Made by a program: the position numbers and the translations under genes
In this document: positions 27,871 through 35,677 of the stretch, piece after piece
How positions within the stretch are numbered: the first letter of the stretch is position 1
Layout of the letters: each line of letters opens with the position of its first letter
Virus record (IMG/VR): IMGVR_UViG_3300043753_000013
Location: 1-44,537 of that record
Reading direction: 5' to 3' (one strand)
DNA from: a virus
Lineage: Duplodnaviria; Caudoviricetes
DNA: 44,537 nucleotides
Notes under the pieces: model-generated
What the model saw: the letters and a program-made list of their open reading frames with translations, nothing else
What the model was told of the DNA's origin: nothing
The model's database searches: none

Positions 27871-28061
27871 AGGCTCATCTCCAGCTGTCGAGCGTTCCGA
27901 ACGATCTGATAGGCCGCGGCAATCTGCCGCGCATGGTGCATCGCCTTCTTCGGGCCTTCCATGTGATAGGTCATCTCCAGCCAGAAAACGGCCTGATCAT
28001 GCTTGATCTCATTCTTGAATCGACGGATAACCTTGATGACGTCGGCGAGAGAGATTTCCAC
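27867..28061 (-). CDS. Hypothetical protein
   Basis: GTGA overlap with the downstream gene. Confidence 0.55.
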   Translation of the reverse strand: MEISLADVIKVIRRFKNEIKHDQAVFWLEMTYHMEGPKKAMHHARQIAAAYQIVRNARQLEMSL

Positions 28062-28072
28062 GAGCGTGCCTT

Positions 28073-28210
28073 TCAGGCGTTGCGAGAGATGGACTTGGCG
28101 AAGCGCGCCTGCCGGCGCGTCAGAGTGCGACCCTTCTCAACCCATCGCCTCTCGGCGGTGCCGCTCCCGCGGCGCATCTTCCGAATGGCCTTCTTGGACT
28201 GCTCGCTCAT
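28073..28210 (-). CDS. Small basic hypothetical protein (45 aa)
   Basis: AGGAGA RBS directly after an operator; manual translation. Confidence 0.5.
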   Translation of the reverse strand: MSEQSKKAIRKMRRGSGTAERRWVEKGRTLTRRQARFAKSISRNA

Positions 28211-28219
28211 GACTTCTCC

Positions 28220-28233
28220 TGTCAAGCGTTGCG
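28220..28233 (-). promoter_or_regulatory. 14-bp operator/stoperator-like site
   Basis: Exact TGTCAAGCGTTGCG. Confidence 0.7.
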
Positions 28234-28291
28234 TTTGAAGTGCAAGGAATGGCGCCCCATCGGGCGCCCGACTGTGCTGCTTCCGACCCTT

Positions 28292-28328
28292 AGACTGGAC
28301 TCGATGACTCCGCTTGTCAAGCGTTGCG
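28292..28328 (-). promoter_or_regulatory. Operator (28315-28328) overlapping a candidate promoter TTGACA-N17-CAGTCT
   Basis: Exact 14-mer plus a correctly spaced Streptomyces-like -10. Confidence 0.55.
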
Positions 28329-28330
28329 GT

Positions 28331-31165
28331 TCAGGCCAAAAGAGAGAGCCCCGAACCGAACAGGGTGAACTGCCCATAGGACTCACGTTTGGCCAGGTCA
28401 GAGACGGTGTCTGACAGACCCTCGTACTGTCGAGTTAGGTCAGTCCGTCGACCAAGACAGTCCAGTGCGCCGGCCGACAGCAGCGCCTCGAAGACGCGCT
28501 TGTTCACGATGCTCGTGCCCACTCTGGCCAACAGGTCAACCAGGCCCCCATACGAGCCGTAAGCGGCCCTCTCGGACACGATCTGATCCGCTGCCATCCC
28601 GACGCCCTTGATGGCCCCTAGACCGTGAAGGATGGTGCCCTGAGCTGGCGTGTAGTCGGCATTGGAGACATTGACGTCGGGGGAACGAACCTGGATCCCC
28701 ATCCTCTGACACTCTGCCAAATAGGCCGGAGTCTGATCCTGGTCTGGAGACTTGTCCGATTCTGCAGTTAGGACCGCAGCCATGTACTCGGCTGGATAAT
28801 GGGCCTTCAGATAGGCAGTCCAGTACGAGATCAGGCCGTAGGCCGCCGAGTGAGCTTTATTGAAGGCGTAGTCAGCAAATGGCACCAGGACATCCCAGAG
28901 AGTCCTGATCGCGTCCTCCGAGTACCCATTCTGCCTCATGCCAGCACTGAAAGGCTCGAACTCCGCATCGAGGACTTCCTTCTTCTTCTTGCCCATGGCC
29001 TTTCGAAGAAGGTCGGCGTTGCCAACAGAATAGCCGGCTACGGCCTGAGCTGCCTTAGTCACTTGCTCCTGATAGACGATGACACCATAAGTCTCCGCCA
29101 GGATCGGATCAAGTGCCGAAGAAAGCTCCGGATGGATCGGCTCTACGGGCTCTCGCCCGTTTTTCCTGTCTGCATAGGCGTAATGCGCTTTGACTCCCAT
29201 TGGGCCAGGACGATAGAGGGCAAGGACAGCACTAATATCCTCAAATCCGGTCGGACGCATACGCTGAAGAAGTTTCCGCATGGGGCCTGAATCAAGCTGG
29301 AATACTCCAAGCGTCTGCCCTCGGGACAGCAGTGCAAAAGTCGCCTGATCATCCAATGGTAGTCGCAACAGGTCAACATCTCTGTCATGGTTCCGTTGCA
29401 CCTCCTTCAGGCAATCATCGATGATGCTGAGGTTATTCAGCCCCAGGAAATCCATCTTCAGGAGTCCGAGAGCTTCGCAGGTTGGGTAGTCAAACTGCGT
29501 GATGGTGCCGCCATCCTTGTTGCTCCACAGCGGCACATGGTCAATCAGGGCTTCGGCAGAAATGATGACGCCGGCAGCATGAACCCCGGACTGGCGAACC
29601 AGTCCTTCGATTCCGAGTGCGGAGGCGTAGACGCGTTGGTAGTCATCAGACGAGCTGAGTAGCTGCCGAAAACCCTTTGCATCTCGGTATCGCTCGTGCT
29701 CAGGATTCGTGACGCACTCCAGAGGTGCATCCTTGCCCATGATAGGGGCCGGGAAAGCTTTACTGAGAGCGTCACCGACTTCATACCCGAAGCCGAGGAC
29801 GCGTGCACTGTCCTTGATTGCGGCTTTCGCCTTGATGATACCGAACGTTGCGATTTGGGCGACCTTCTCAGATCCCCATCGACGCGCAACATACTCGATC
29901 ACTTCTCCTCTACGTCGGTCGTCAAAATCGATATCGATGTCTGGCATGGAAACGCGCTCTGGATTCAGGAATCGCTCGAACATCAGATCATGCTCGATGG
30001 GATCCAAATCGGTGATACTCAGAGCGTAGGAAACAAGAGATCCAGCAGCGCTCCCGCGGCCCGGCCCTACTCGGATCCCCTGATTCTTGGCCCATGAGAT
30101 GAAGTCAGCTACTACGAGGAAATACGAGACGAAACCCATCGAAACAATGACGCCGAGTTCATACTCTGCCCTCTCGATTCGATCCCGTGGGATGCCCCGC
30201 GGGTAACGCCCCTGAAGGCCCCTGTAGACCTCCGTGCGGAGCCAGAGTTCCTCTGTCCAGCCTGCTGTCACGGGGAACCGTGGCAGCAGCTCCTGGCGCT
30301 CAAAGGACACATTGCAGCGCTCAGCGATCCTCAGAGTGTTGTCACACGCTTCAGGCAAATCAGCCCAGAGTCGACGCATTTCGTCCGGGGACCGGAGCCA
30401 GTAGCCCTCGCCATTGAATCGGAACCGGTCCTCCTGGTCGATGGTCGCCTGAGTCCCGACACACAGAAGCAGATCGTGAGCTGGCCCCTGATCGGCCGTA
30501 ACGTAATGACTGTCATTGGTCGCCAGAAGGGGGAGCGATAGCTCCCGTGCCAGCCTCAGAAGATCGTCCCGAATGCGCCGCTCGATGTCGATCCCATGGT
30601 CCATCAGTTCGACGAAAAGATTGCCGGGGTTGAGGATGTCGCGCAGCCTGCCGGCCGCGGCCTTCGCTTCGTCGTACTGGCCGAGCCTCAGTCGAGTCTG
30701 AACCTCTCCACCAGGACATCCGGTTGTGCCGATGAGTCCACGGGAATGCTCTGCCAGAAGCTCCAAATCAATCCGCGGCTTGTAGTACTGGCCTTCGGAA
30801 TAGCTCCGAGACGAGAGCCGGAAGAGGTTGCGCATACCCTCAGCGGTCTCGGATAGCAGCGTCATATGAGTGTAGGCGCCACGACCCGAGACATCGTCAT
30901 CTCGCTGGCTCGCGTTTCCCCAGTGCACCGGGGACCGCTCCTGACGACTTCCAGGGGCTACATACGCCTCAAGGCCGATGATGGCCTTTACGCCGGCCTC
31001 ACGGCCGGCTTGCCAGAACGCATAGGCGCCATGAAGGTTTCCATGGTCCGTCATCGCGATAGCCGGCATGCCCATCTGTGCCGCGGAATGAAAGAGCGGC
31101 CCCAACCGGGCCGCTCCATCAAGCATGCTGAACATTGTGTGGTTGTGAAGATGGACGAAGGTCAT
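28331..31165 (-). CDS. dnaE: DNA polymerase III alpha subunit (DnaE), C-terminally shortened
   Basis: PHP domain HLHNHT.FS.LDGA, GRGSAAGS, PDIDIDF, HAAG and FNKAH motifs; ends with clamp motif QFTLF. Confidence 0.97.
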   Translation of the reverse strand: MTFVHLHNHTMFSMLDGAARLGPLFHSAAQMGMPAIAMTDHGNLHGAYAFWQAGREAGVKAIIGLEAYVAPGSRQERSPVHWGNASQRDDDVSGRGAYTHMTLLSETAEGMRNLFRLSSRSYSEGQYYKPRIDLELLAEHSRGLIGTTGCPGGEVQTRLRLGQYDEAKAAAGRLRDILNPGNLFVELMDHGIDIERRIRDDLLRLARELSLPLLATNDSHYVTADQGPAHDLLLCVGTQATIDQEDRFRFNGEGYWLRSPDEMRRLWADLPEACDNTLRIAERCNVSFERQELLPRFPVTAGWTEELWLRTEVYRGLQGRYPRGIPRDRIERAEYELGVIVSMGFVSYFLVVADFISWAKNQGIRVGPGRGSAAGSLVSYALSITDLDPIEHDLMFERFLNPERVSMPDIDIDFDDRRRGEVIEYVARRWGSEKVAQIATFGIIKAKAAIKDSARVLGFGYEVGDALSKAFPAPIMGKDAPLECVTNPEHERYRDAKGFRQLLSSSDDYQRVYASALGIEGLVRQSGVHAAGVIISAEALIDHVPLWSNKDGGTITQFDYPTCEALGLLKMDFLGLNNLSIIDDCLKEVQRNHDRDVDLLRLPLDDQATFALLSRGQTLGVFQLDSGPMRKLLQRMRPTGFEDISAVLALYRPGPMGVKAHYAYADRKNGREPVEPIHPELSSALDPILAETYGVIVYQEQVTKAAQAVAGYSVGNADLLRKAMGKKKKEVLDAEFEPFSAGMRQNGYSEDAIRTLWDVLVPFADYAFNKAHSAAYGLISYWTAYLKAHYPAEYMAAVLTAESDKSPDQDQTPAYLAECQRMGIQVRSPDVNVSNADYTPAQGTILHGLGAIKGVGMAADQIVSERAAYGSYGGLVDLLARVGTSIVNKRVFEALLSAGALDCLGRRTDLTRQYEGLSDTVSDLAKRESYGQFTLFGSGLSLLA

Positions 31166-31320
31166 TCGCCGTCCGGATCATCGGGCCAAACGAATCCCTC
31201 GCAGGCCTGATCGGACCAGTTGTGATTACCTTTGCGAATTCCGCAGCGAACGCACTCAACGGCGGTCAGGACAATGGGCCCCCGGCCCTCCCATGGGAAT
31301 TCTGCTTCGATGGATTCCAC
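31162..31320 (-). CDS. Small Cys/His hypothetical protein (52 aa)
   Basis: GGAAGG RBS; ATGA overlap with dnaE. Confidence 0.5.
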   Translation of the reverse strand: MESIEAEFPWEGRGPIVLTAVECVRCGIRKGNHNWSDQACEGFVWPDDPDGE

Positions 31321-31322
31321 GT

Positions 31323-31556
31323 CTAGCCTTCCTTCCACTGTACGTCGAGATCGCTGATGAATTCTTTCAGCAGCTCCTCAGCAAGCTTCTCAGTATCCTC
31401 TCGCGACGGAACATCTTCGAAGTTCGCTTCTTCGTTCTGGTGCTCTTCGCAGTATGCGCGGCCGGGAAGCGAGTCATTATTGCAGCGACCCGCAACATAC
31501 GGCCATGTCTCCTTCGGATTCAAGTGGTTGCACTGAATGACGTTGACGTTGATCAT
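31323..31556 (-). CDS. Hypothetical protein (C..C..YCEEH)
   Basis: AAGGAG RBS. Confidence 0.55.
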   Translation of the reverse strand: MINVNVIQCNHLNPKETWPYVAGRCNNDSLPGRAYCEEHQNEEANFEDVPSREDTEKLAEELLKEFISDLDVQWKEG

Positions 31557-31558
31557 CT

Positions 31559-31888
31559 CTACTCCTTGAGATGTACTCCGGATCGGGTGTTGAACCGCGC
31601 GCACCAGTCGCGCGCCTTCTTCTCATCTTCAACGGACGAGACCATCTCGACACCATCAGTCGTCACGATCGTGACGGTGACTTCTCCTGGCTTCTGCCAA
31701 CCACGCTGTATGGCTGATCGGGTCAGGGTGCCCCGCGGGGCACCCGTTGAGACGCTAGCCTGAGCGCCTGTCAGCCGGCCGCCTCTGCGGCCTACAGAGA
31801 CCCTGTCAGACCTGATCTGGACCTTGATGCCCAGCTTCTTGCCATCGGACCGCAAGAGCTGATCAGAGACGAACTGTCTGAAGGACAT
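31559..31888 (-). CDS. Hypothetical protein
   Basis: GGGGGAG RBS. Confidence 0.6.
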   Translation of the reverse strand: MSFRQFVSDQLLRSDGKKLGIKVQIRSDRVSVGRRGGRLTGAQASVSTGAPRGTLTRSAIQRGWQKPGEVTVTIVTTDGVEMVSSVEDEKKARDWCARFNTRSGVHLKE

Positions 31889-31941
31889 GGCTCCCCCTTG
31901 AAGGTAGTGGGGGGGAGCCTAGACCTCGGGACCGACGGTTG

Positions 31942-32103
31942 TCAGTCTTCCGGGCACTCATGCCGTGCGGCAGACTGGATCAGCCGTCCGAGATGTGTCA
32001 CGAAGGAATCACCCGAGATGATCTCTTCGCACACGGTGTGAATGATCTGGATCTTGTTGTTCTCGACCCGAACCCGGAAGTCCATCGGGGCGAAGTCCGT
32101 CAC
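31942..32103 (-). CDS. Small hypothetical protein (53 aa)
   Basis: AAGGAG RBS; manual translation. Confidence 0.45.
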   Translation of the reverse strand: MTDFAPMDFRVRVENNKIQIIHTVCEEIISGDSFVTHLGRLIQSAARHECPED

Positions 32104-32228
32104 TTCTTCTCCTTGATGATCCGCTCGCCTGTTCGATGCTGGCAGCAGCAGGAATCAGGCCACTCACACCGATTATGGCGCCTCGGCTTCTTCCTGTCTG
32201 CTGCTTCGCGACATTGCCGGCAGATCAC
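32100..32228 (-). CDS. Small Cys-rich protein (MICRQC...H..C...CCCQH)
   Basis: Manual translation; GTGA overlaps on both sides. Confidence 0.5.
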   Translation of the reverse strand: MICRQCREAADRKKPRRHNRCEWPDSCCCQHRTGERIIKEKK

Positions 32229-32428
32229 TCGTCTTCCCACCTGTGCGCCTCAGCGCACTCGATGTGAGCAAAGAGGAGCGGCCGATTCGGGCCTGAGCGA
32301 ACGCGCCCAACGGGCTTCATCCTGCCCTCCCCATCACCCGGACAGTAGACGCATTCCTGCCCATCGAGCTGGGCAGTGTTCATCTCCGCCACGGGCGGGA
32401 GGTTGAACGGGTAGAGATGGATCGTCAC
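32225..32428 (-). CDS. Hypothetical Zn-finger-like protein
   Basis: CVYC...H.EC; GAGGAG RBS. Confidence 0.55.
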   Translation of the reverse strand: MTIHLYPFNLPPVAEMNTAQLDGQECVYCPGDGEGRMKPVGRVRSGPNRPLLFAHIECAEAHRWEDE

Positions 32429-32429
32429 G

Positions 32430-32618
32430 TCAGTTCTCCTCAACGAGGTTCACGCTGGCCAACTCATGACCCAGTCGAAAGCTCCGAACTCCCTCGTTCA
32501 TGCCTCGGAACGAGACTTCAAACGAGACCCAAGCACCGTCGATAATGACCGGCGACTCAACTACTCGACCATCCCATAAGGCATCACCGGGAATCAGGTT
32601 TTCGACGCGCTTGATCAT
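32430..32618 (-). CDS. Hypothetical protein
   Basis: GAGGAG RBS; MIKRVENLIPGD... Confidence 0.55.
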   Translation of the reverse strand: MIKRVENLIPGDALWDGRVVESPVIIDGAWVSFEVSFRGMNEGVRSFRLGHELASVNLVEEN

Positions 32619-32619
32619 T

Positions 32620-32790
32620 TCAGTTCTCCTCAAGAGGATGCTTCGAGAGAATGGTGTACCAGCACCCGAGATCCGATTCGGCGTGGTCGCCACAGAGCTT
32701 AGCGGGGTACGGAAGGAGATCCGGGCCGTTCCGAAGAACGGCGCCATGCGTAGCGATATCCCCGCATCCGATCACGGTGCACTTAGCCAT
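32620..32790 (-). CDS. Hypothetical protein (C....C...LC..H)
   Basis: GGAG RBS. Confidence 0.55.
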   Translation of the reverse strand: MAKCTVIGCGDIATHGAVLRNGPDLLPYPAKLCGDHAESDLGCWYTILSKHPLEEN

Positions 32791-32791
32791 G

Positions 32792-33085
32792 TCAGTTCTC
32801 CGTCTCGGTGATGATGCCGCACTTCTTGCGCCAGTAGGCGCGAGCCGTCTCGGTCTTGGCCTTCTTGGCCATGTAGAGCCAGTTGGCGGGGATCTCGACG
32901 GTCTCACCCTTGGGGCAGTACTGAGTGGTCTTTCCGGGAACTGCTGCAGCCAACAGTGCCGCCGGCAGGCGGTTGAAGTCTCCGACTCCGCTGATCTTCA
33001 GATTGCAGTCACAGCCGTAGTGCACGACTCCACGCGATACGGCACCCTTGAGGACCTGAGCGCGGAACTGAAGCTTCTTCGACAT
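32792..33085 (-). CDS. Hypothetical protein
   Basis: GAGGG RBS. Confidence 0.6.
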   Translation of the reverse strand: MSKKLQFRAQVLKGAVSRGVVHYGCDCNLKISGVGDFNRLPAALLAAAVPGKTTQYCPKGETVEIPANWLYMAKKAKTETARAYWRKKCGIITETEN

Positions 33086-33117
33086 GACGTTTCCCTCGAC
33101 ATCGAGTGACGGATAGT

Positions 33118-33390
33118 TCAGGCGCGCTTAATCGTCTTCTTGTGGTGCTGCTTCAACGTCTTGTGCGTCGTGGTCTTGTGACTCGTCTTCTTGTGGTACC
33201 AAGACGCCTGAGAGGGCGTGGAATCGGTTGAACCACTGTCGGTGGAGCAAGAGGCCGGAATAGCCGGCGCCGAGTGGTTCTGAGCGCCGTAAGGCGCCTT
33301 GATGGCAGCGATGACGAAGAGGACCATCATCCCGGACACGATGATCGTGGCAATCCGGATCAAGCCCTTGGCAACAACGCGCTCCGACAT
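33118..33390 (-). CDS. Membrane protein with basic His/Lys tail
   Basis: N-terminal TM helix; AGGGGAG RBS. Confidence 0.6.
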   Translation of the reverse strand: MSERVVAKGLIRIATIIVSGMMVLFVIAAIKAPYGAQNHSAPAIPASCSTDSGSTDSTPSQASWYHKKTSHKTTTHKTLKQHHKKTIKRA

Positions 33391-33410
33391 GATGTCTCTC
33401 CCCTAGACTC

Positions 33411-33473
33411 TGGTCTGCCATCATCAGGCCCGGTAGACCATTCCCGGACGACGCCCCGAAGGGCGTTTCGGCT
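33411..33473 (-). ncRNA. Type II hammerhead ribozyme with pseudoknot
   Basis: GCC-GAAA-CGCCC(UUCG)GGGCG-UC-GUCCGG(loop containing UGGUCU)CCGGGC-CUGAUGA-U-GGC-AGACCA; core intact. Confidence 0.85.
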
Positions 33474-33608
33474 TTAGTGCTCGGTGGCGCTCTTCTCCAT
33501 CTCGGCCTTAGCCGCCGACTCTGCCTTGTCGAAGGCCTCACCGAAGTTGTAGCCCATCACGCGGAACTCTTCGAGCTTCTCGTTGAAGATCTCGTCAAAA
33601 GTGCGCAT
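33474..33608 (-). CDS. Small hypothetical protein (44 aa)
   Basis: GGGAG RBS; manual translation MRTFDEIFNEKLEEF... Confidence 0.55.
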   Translation of the reverse strand: MRTFDEIFNEKLEEFRVMGYNFGEAFDKAESAAKAEMEKSATEH

Positions 33609-33652
33609 CTCAGCTCCCGAGTGAGTTCCTGTCGTGCCTTCTGAGGAAGACT

Positions 33653-34315
33653 CTACGGCTCATCGCCCGACACTGTCAAGCGTTGCGTTTGAATGTGCGA
33701 CAGAAGCCTGTCGCCGATGTAGCGGGTGTACGACGGAGGGATAGCCTCCCGCAGGCCATCACGGCTCATCCAATCGACTTCCATGATCTCTCGCGCCAGG
33801 GATGCTCCGGTGAAGTTGCCGACGATCTGCATGTACTCTCCGGGCTTCACGCGCCGACCCATCTTGGCGCTCCTGGCGACGTGAGGACCATGCTCCGGAG
33901 CTTCGAAGGAGAAGCCGTTGCCGGCTTCGAAGAGCCTGTGACGATAGGTCCGGAGACCGAACATCGCTCCGCAGAGCATGACGGGATTGAGAAGGGGTGC
34001 ACCAGGGACGTTCTCAATCACGTAAGGCCTTCCAACCTTGACCAGCGCCTCTCGGAGTGGAGCAACCAGATCGGGATGGTCGTTCTTCCGGATCTTCTGA
34101 GCATTCGTGTAGAGCTGACACGGAGGGGAGCCCGTGATCACATCGAACTCATGGCCATGCTTCAGAACGAATTCAATGGCATCACCGCGGTAAAAATCAA
34201 ATGGGTACCGCGGCTGGGGCGCTATGTCAACCCCGACAACATAGAAGCCGGCGTCGTCATAACCCTTGCCGGCTCCGCCCTGGCAGCAGAAGAGATCGAG
34301 AAGCTTGGGCTTCAA
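33653..34315 (-). CDS. DNA (cytosine-5) methyltransferase
   Basis: LLDLFC..GG motif I, SPPCQ catalytic motif, IENV and RHRLFE motifs. Confidence 0.9.
   Translation of the reverse strand: MKPKLLDLFCCQGGAGKGYDDAGFYVVGVDIAPQPRYPFDFYRGDAIEFVLKHGHEFDVITGSPPCQLYTNAQKIRKNDHPDLVAPLREALVKVGRPYVIENVPGAPLLNPVMLCGAMFGLRTYRHRLFEAGNGFSFEAPEHGPHVARSAKMGRRVKPGEYMQIVGNFTGASLAREIMEVDWMSRDGLREAIPPSYTRYIGDRLLSHIQTQRLTVSGDEP
33674..33687 (-). promoter_or_regulatory. 14-bp operator/stoperator-like site in the 3' end of the methylase gene
   Basis: Exact TGTCAAGCGTTGCG. Confidence 0.65.
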
Positions 34316-34342
34316 TAGGTGTTCTCCTTAGTATGCGAGCGA

Positions 34343-34370
34343 GAAAGAGCCTAGGACCGAAGTCCTAGGC
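34343..34370 (-). terminator. Intrinsic terminator/attenuator
   Basis: GCCTAGGAC-TTCG-GTCCTAGGC-TCTTT on the minus strand. Confidence 0.7.
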
Positions 34371-34393
34371 CGCCAAGCGTTGCAAGTCAATGA

Positions 34394-34564
34394 TCAGTGA
34401 AAACCGAGTTCGCATTCACTGCAGGGCCACTTCTTCAATCCGAAGATGCGAATCGAGATAACCGTGTAGCCGGCCTTGCGACCGCTCTGAGCCCACTTGG
34501 GGCAGTCACCATCCCACTTGGTACCGTCGGGCCAAATGATGCGGAATCCCTTGCGGAGCTTCAT
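34394..34564 (-). CDS. Small hypothetical protein (56 aa), first gene of the early leftward operon
   Basis: GAAGG RBS; manual translation MKLRKGFRIIWPDG...C..C. Confidence 0.5.
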   Translation of the reverse strand: MKLRKGFRIIWPDGTKWDGDCPKWAQSGRKAGYTVISIRIFGLKKWPCSECELGFH

Positions 34565-34583
34565 GACAAACCTTCTTCGAGTC

Positions 34584-34644
34584 GGTCAAGCGTTGCGCTT
34601 GACCTCAAGCATGAACCAGGACTCGAAGCTTGTCAAGCGTTGCG
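34584..34644 (-). promoter_or_regulatory. Major early leftward promoter TTGACA-N17-CATGCT flanked by two operators (34631-34644, 34584-34597)
   Basis: Canonical spacing; one operator overlaps the -35 and the other lies just after the predicted start. Confidence 0.7.
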
Positions 34645-34773
34645 CTTCGCGCGACATCTTCGCAGGTCAGAGCACGTAGACCAAACCGTTACCAAGGACG
34701 ATGTCCTCTCCAGAACCGATGGACACCCATACATGGGGTGAGAGCTTCCCTCGCGGGCGCCTTACGCGCGCCC

Positions 34774-34874
34774 GTTAATTAATTATCTAATATATAAGGT
34801 AAAGACGAGACCTTTGGAGGTCTCGTCATCTGAGAGATATTAGATATCAAGCAACTGCCTTCAAGGCAGTTGCT
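34774..34874. repeat. AT-rich tract with two inverted repeats (34804-34827, 34850-34874)
   Basis: GACGAGACCT-TTGG-AGGTCTCGTC and AGCAACTGCCT-TCA-AGGCAGTTGCT. Confidence 0.8.
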
Positions 34875-35149
34875 ATTCAATGAATTGATTATCCGCGCGA
34901 GAGCGCGAATCAAGATCTCCGGTCACCGGTTTGAGTCTCCCGAGTGAAATGCTCCCACTCGGTTTCTGGAAGATTCCCGGTGACCGGAATTTCATTAACC
35001 CCGGATCTCTGGTGACGGCAAAACCTTTCGGTCCCAGGATTTGGATTAATCACCCGCCCTTGTGGGGCGGTTATTGGATATGCGGTCGCTACCCGGTAAG
35101 GGGCTAGATACACATTGGGTAGGTCGTGATTGCCTACCGCATATCTCTA

Positions 35150-35225
35150 CGGCCTATAGCTCAATCGGTAGAGCATCGGCCTCATAAGCCGAAAGATGTG
35201 AGTTCGAATCTCACTAGTCCAACCA
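35150..35225 (+). tRNA. tRNA with CAT anticodon (Met/fMet-like or Ile2)
   Basis: 76-nt cloverleaf: D stem GCTC/GAGC, anticodon arm TCGGC-CTCATAA-GCCGA, T arm GTGAG-TTCGAAT-CTCAC, encoded CCA. Confidence 0.88.
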
Positions 35226-35245
35226 AATAGGAGGGCCGATATTGT

Positions 35246-35551
35246 ATGGGCTCTCAATGGCAGGGTAGTAATCGCAGAAGTGAACTACCAACAAACTGGC
35301 CATCTATTCGCCAATCGATATTGGCAAGAGATGGATATCAGTGTACGTGGTGGATTGATACGACTTCACAGCGATGCATAGAGCGTGCGACTGATGTCGA
35401 TCACATCATTCCAGGCGGCTCTCATGAGCCGGCCAATCTACGGTCGCTCTGCGGATGGCATCACTCTAGGAAGTCTTCGCAGGAAGGCAATGCCGCGCGC
35501 ACGCGGCTGACGATGAAGCGGCCCAAGCCGCAGCATCCTGGACTGCTCTGA
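35246..35551 (+). CDS. HNH endonuclease (packaging-associated)
   Basis: R...L.RD...C, C...ATDVDH, NLR.LC..HH..KS motifs. Confidence 0.92.
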   Translation: MGSQWQGSNRRSELPTNWPSIRQSILARDGYQCTWWIDTTSQRCIERATDVDHIIPGGSHEPANLRSLCGWHHSRKSSQEGNAARTRLTMKRPKPQHPGLL

Positions 35552-35677
35552 CGTCCTGATCTCGATGAGGATCCCGGCCGGCTCTCTTAGCCGGACGGTT
35601 CACCCAGAGTGATGACTGGGATGGTCTGCCCTCTCAAAACTATGGGGGGGTAACCCCCTGACCTGCTCGTTTTTCCT

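Noticed and set aside
33452-33465. UUCG hairpin as a simple terminator
   Set aside because: No U-tract on the sense strand; better explained as stem III of the hammerhead
35226-35245. tRNA-associated HDV-like (theta) ribozyme after the tRNA
   Set aside because: Only 20 nt, containing the HNH RBS, follow the CCA; no room for the fold
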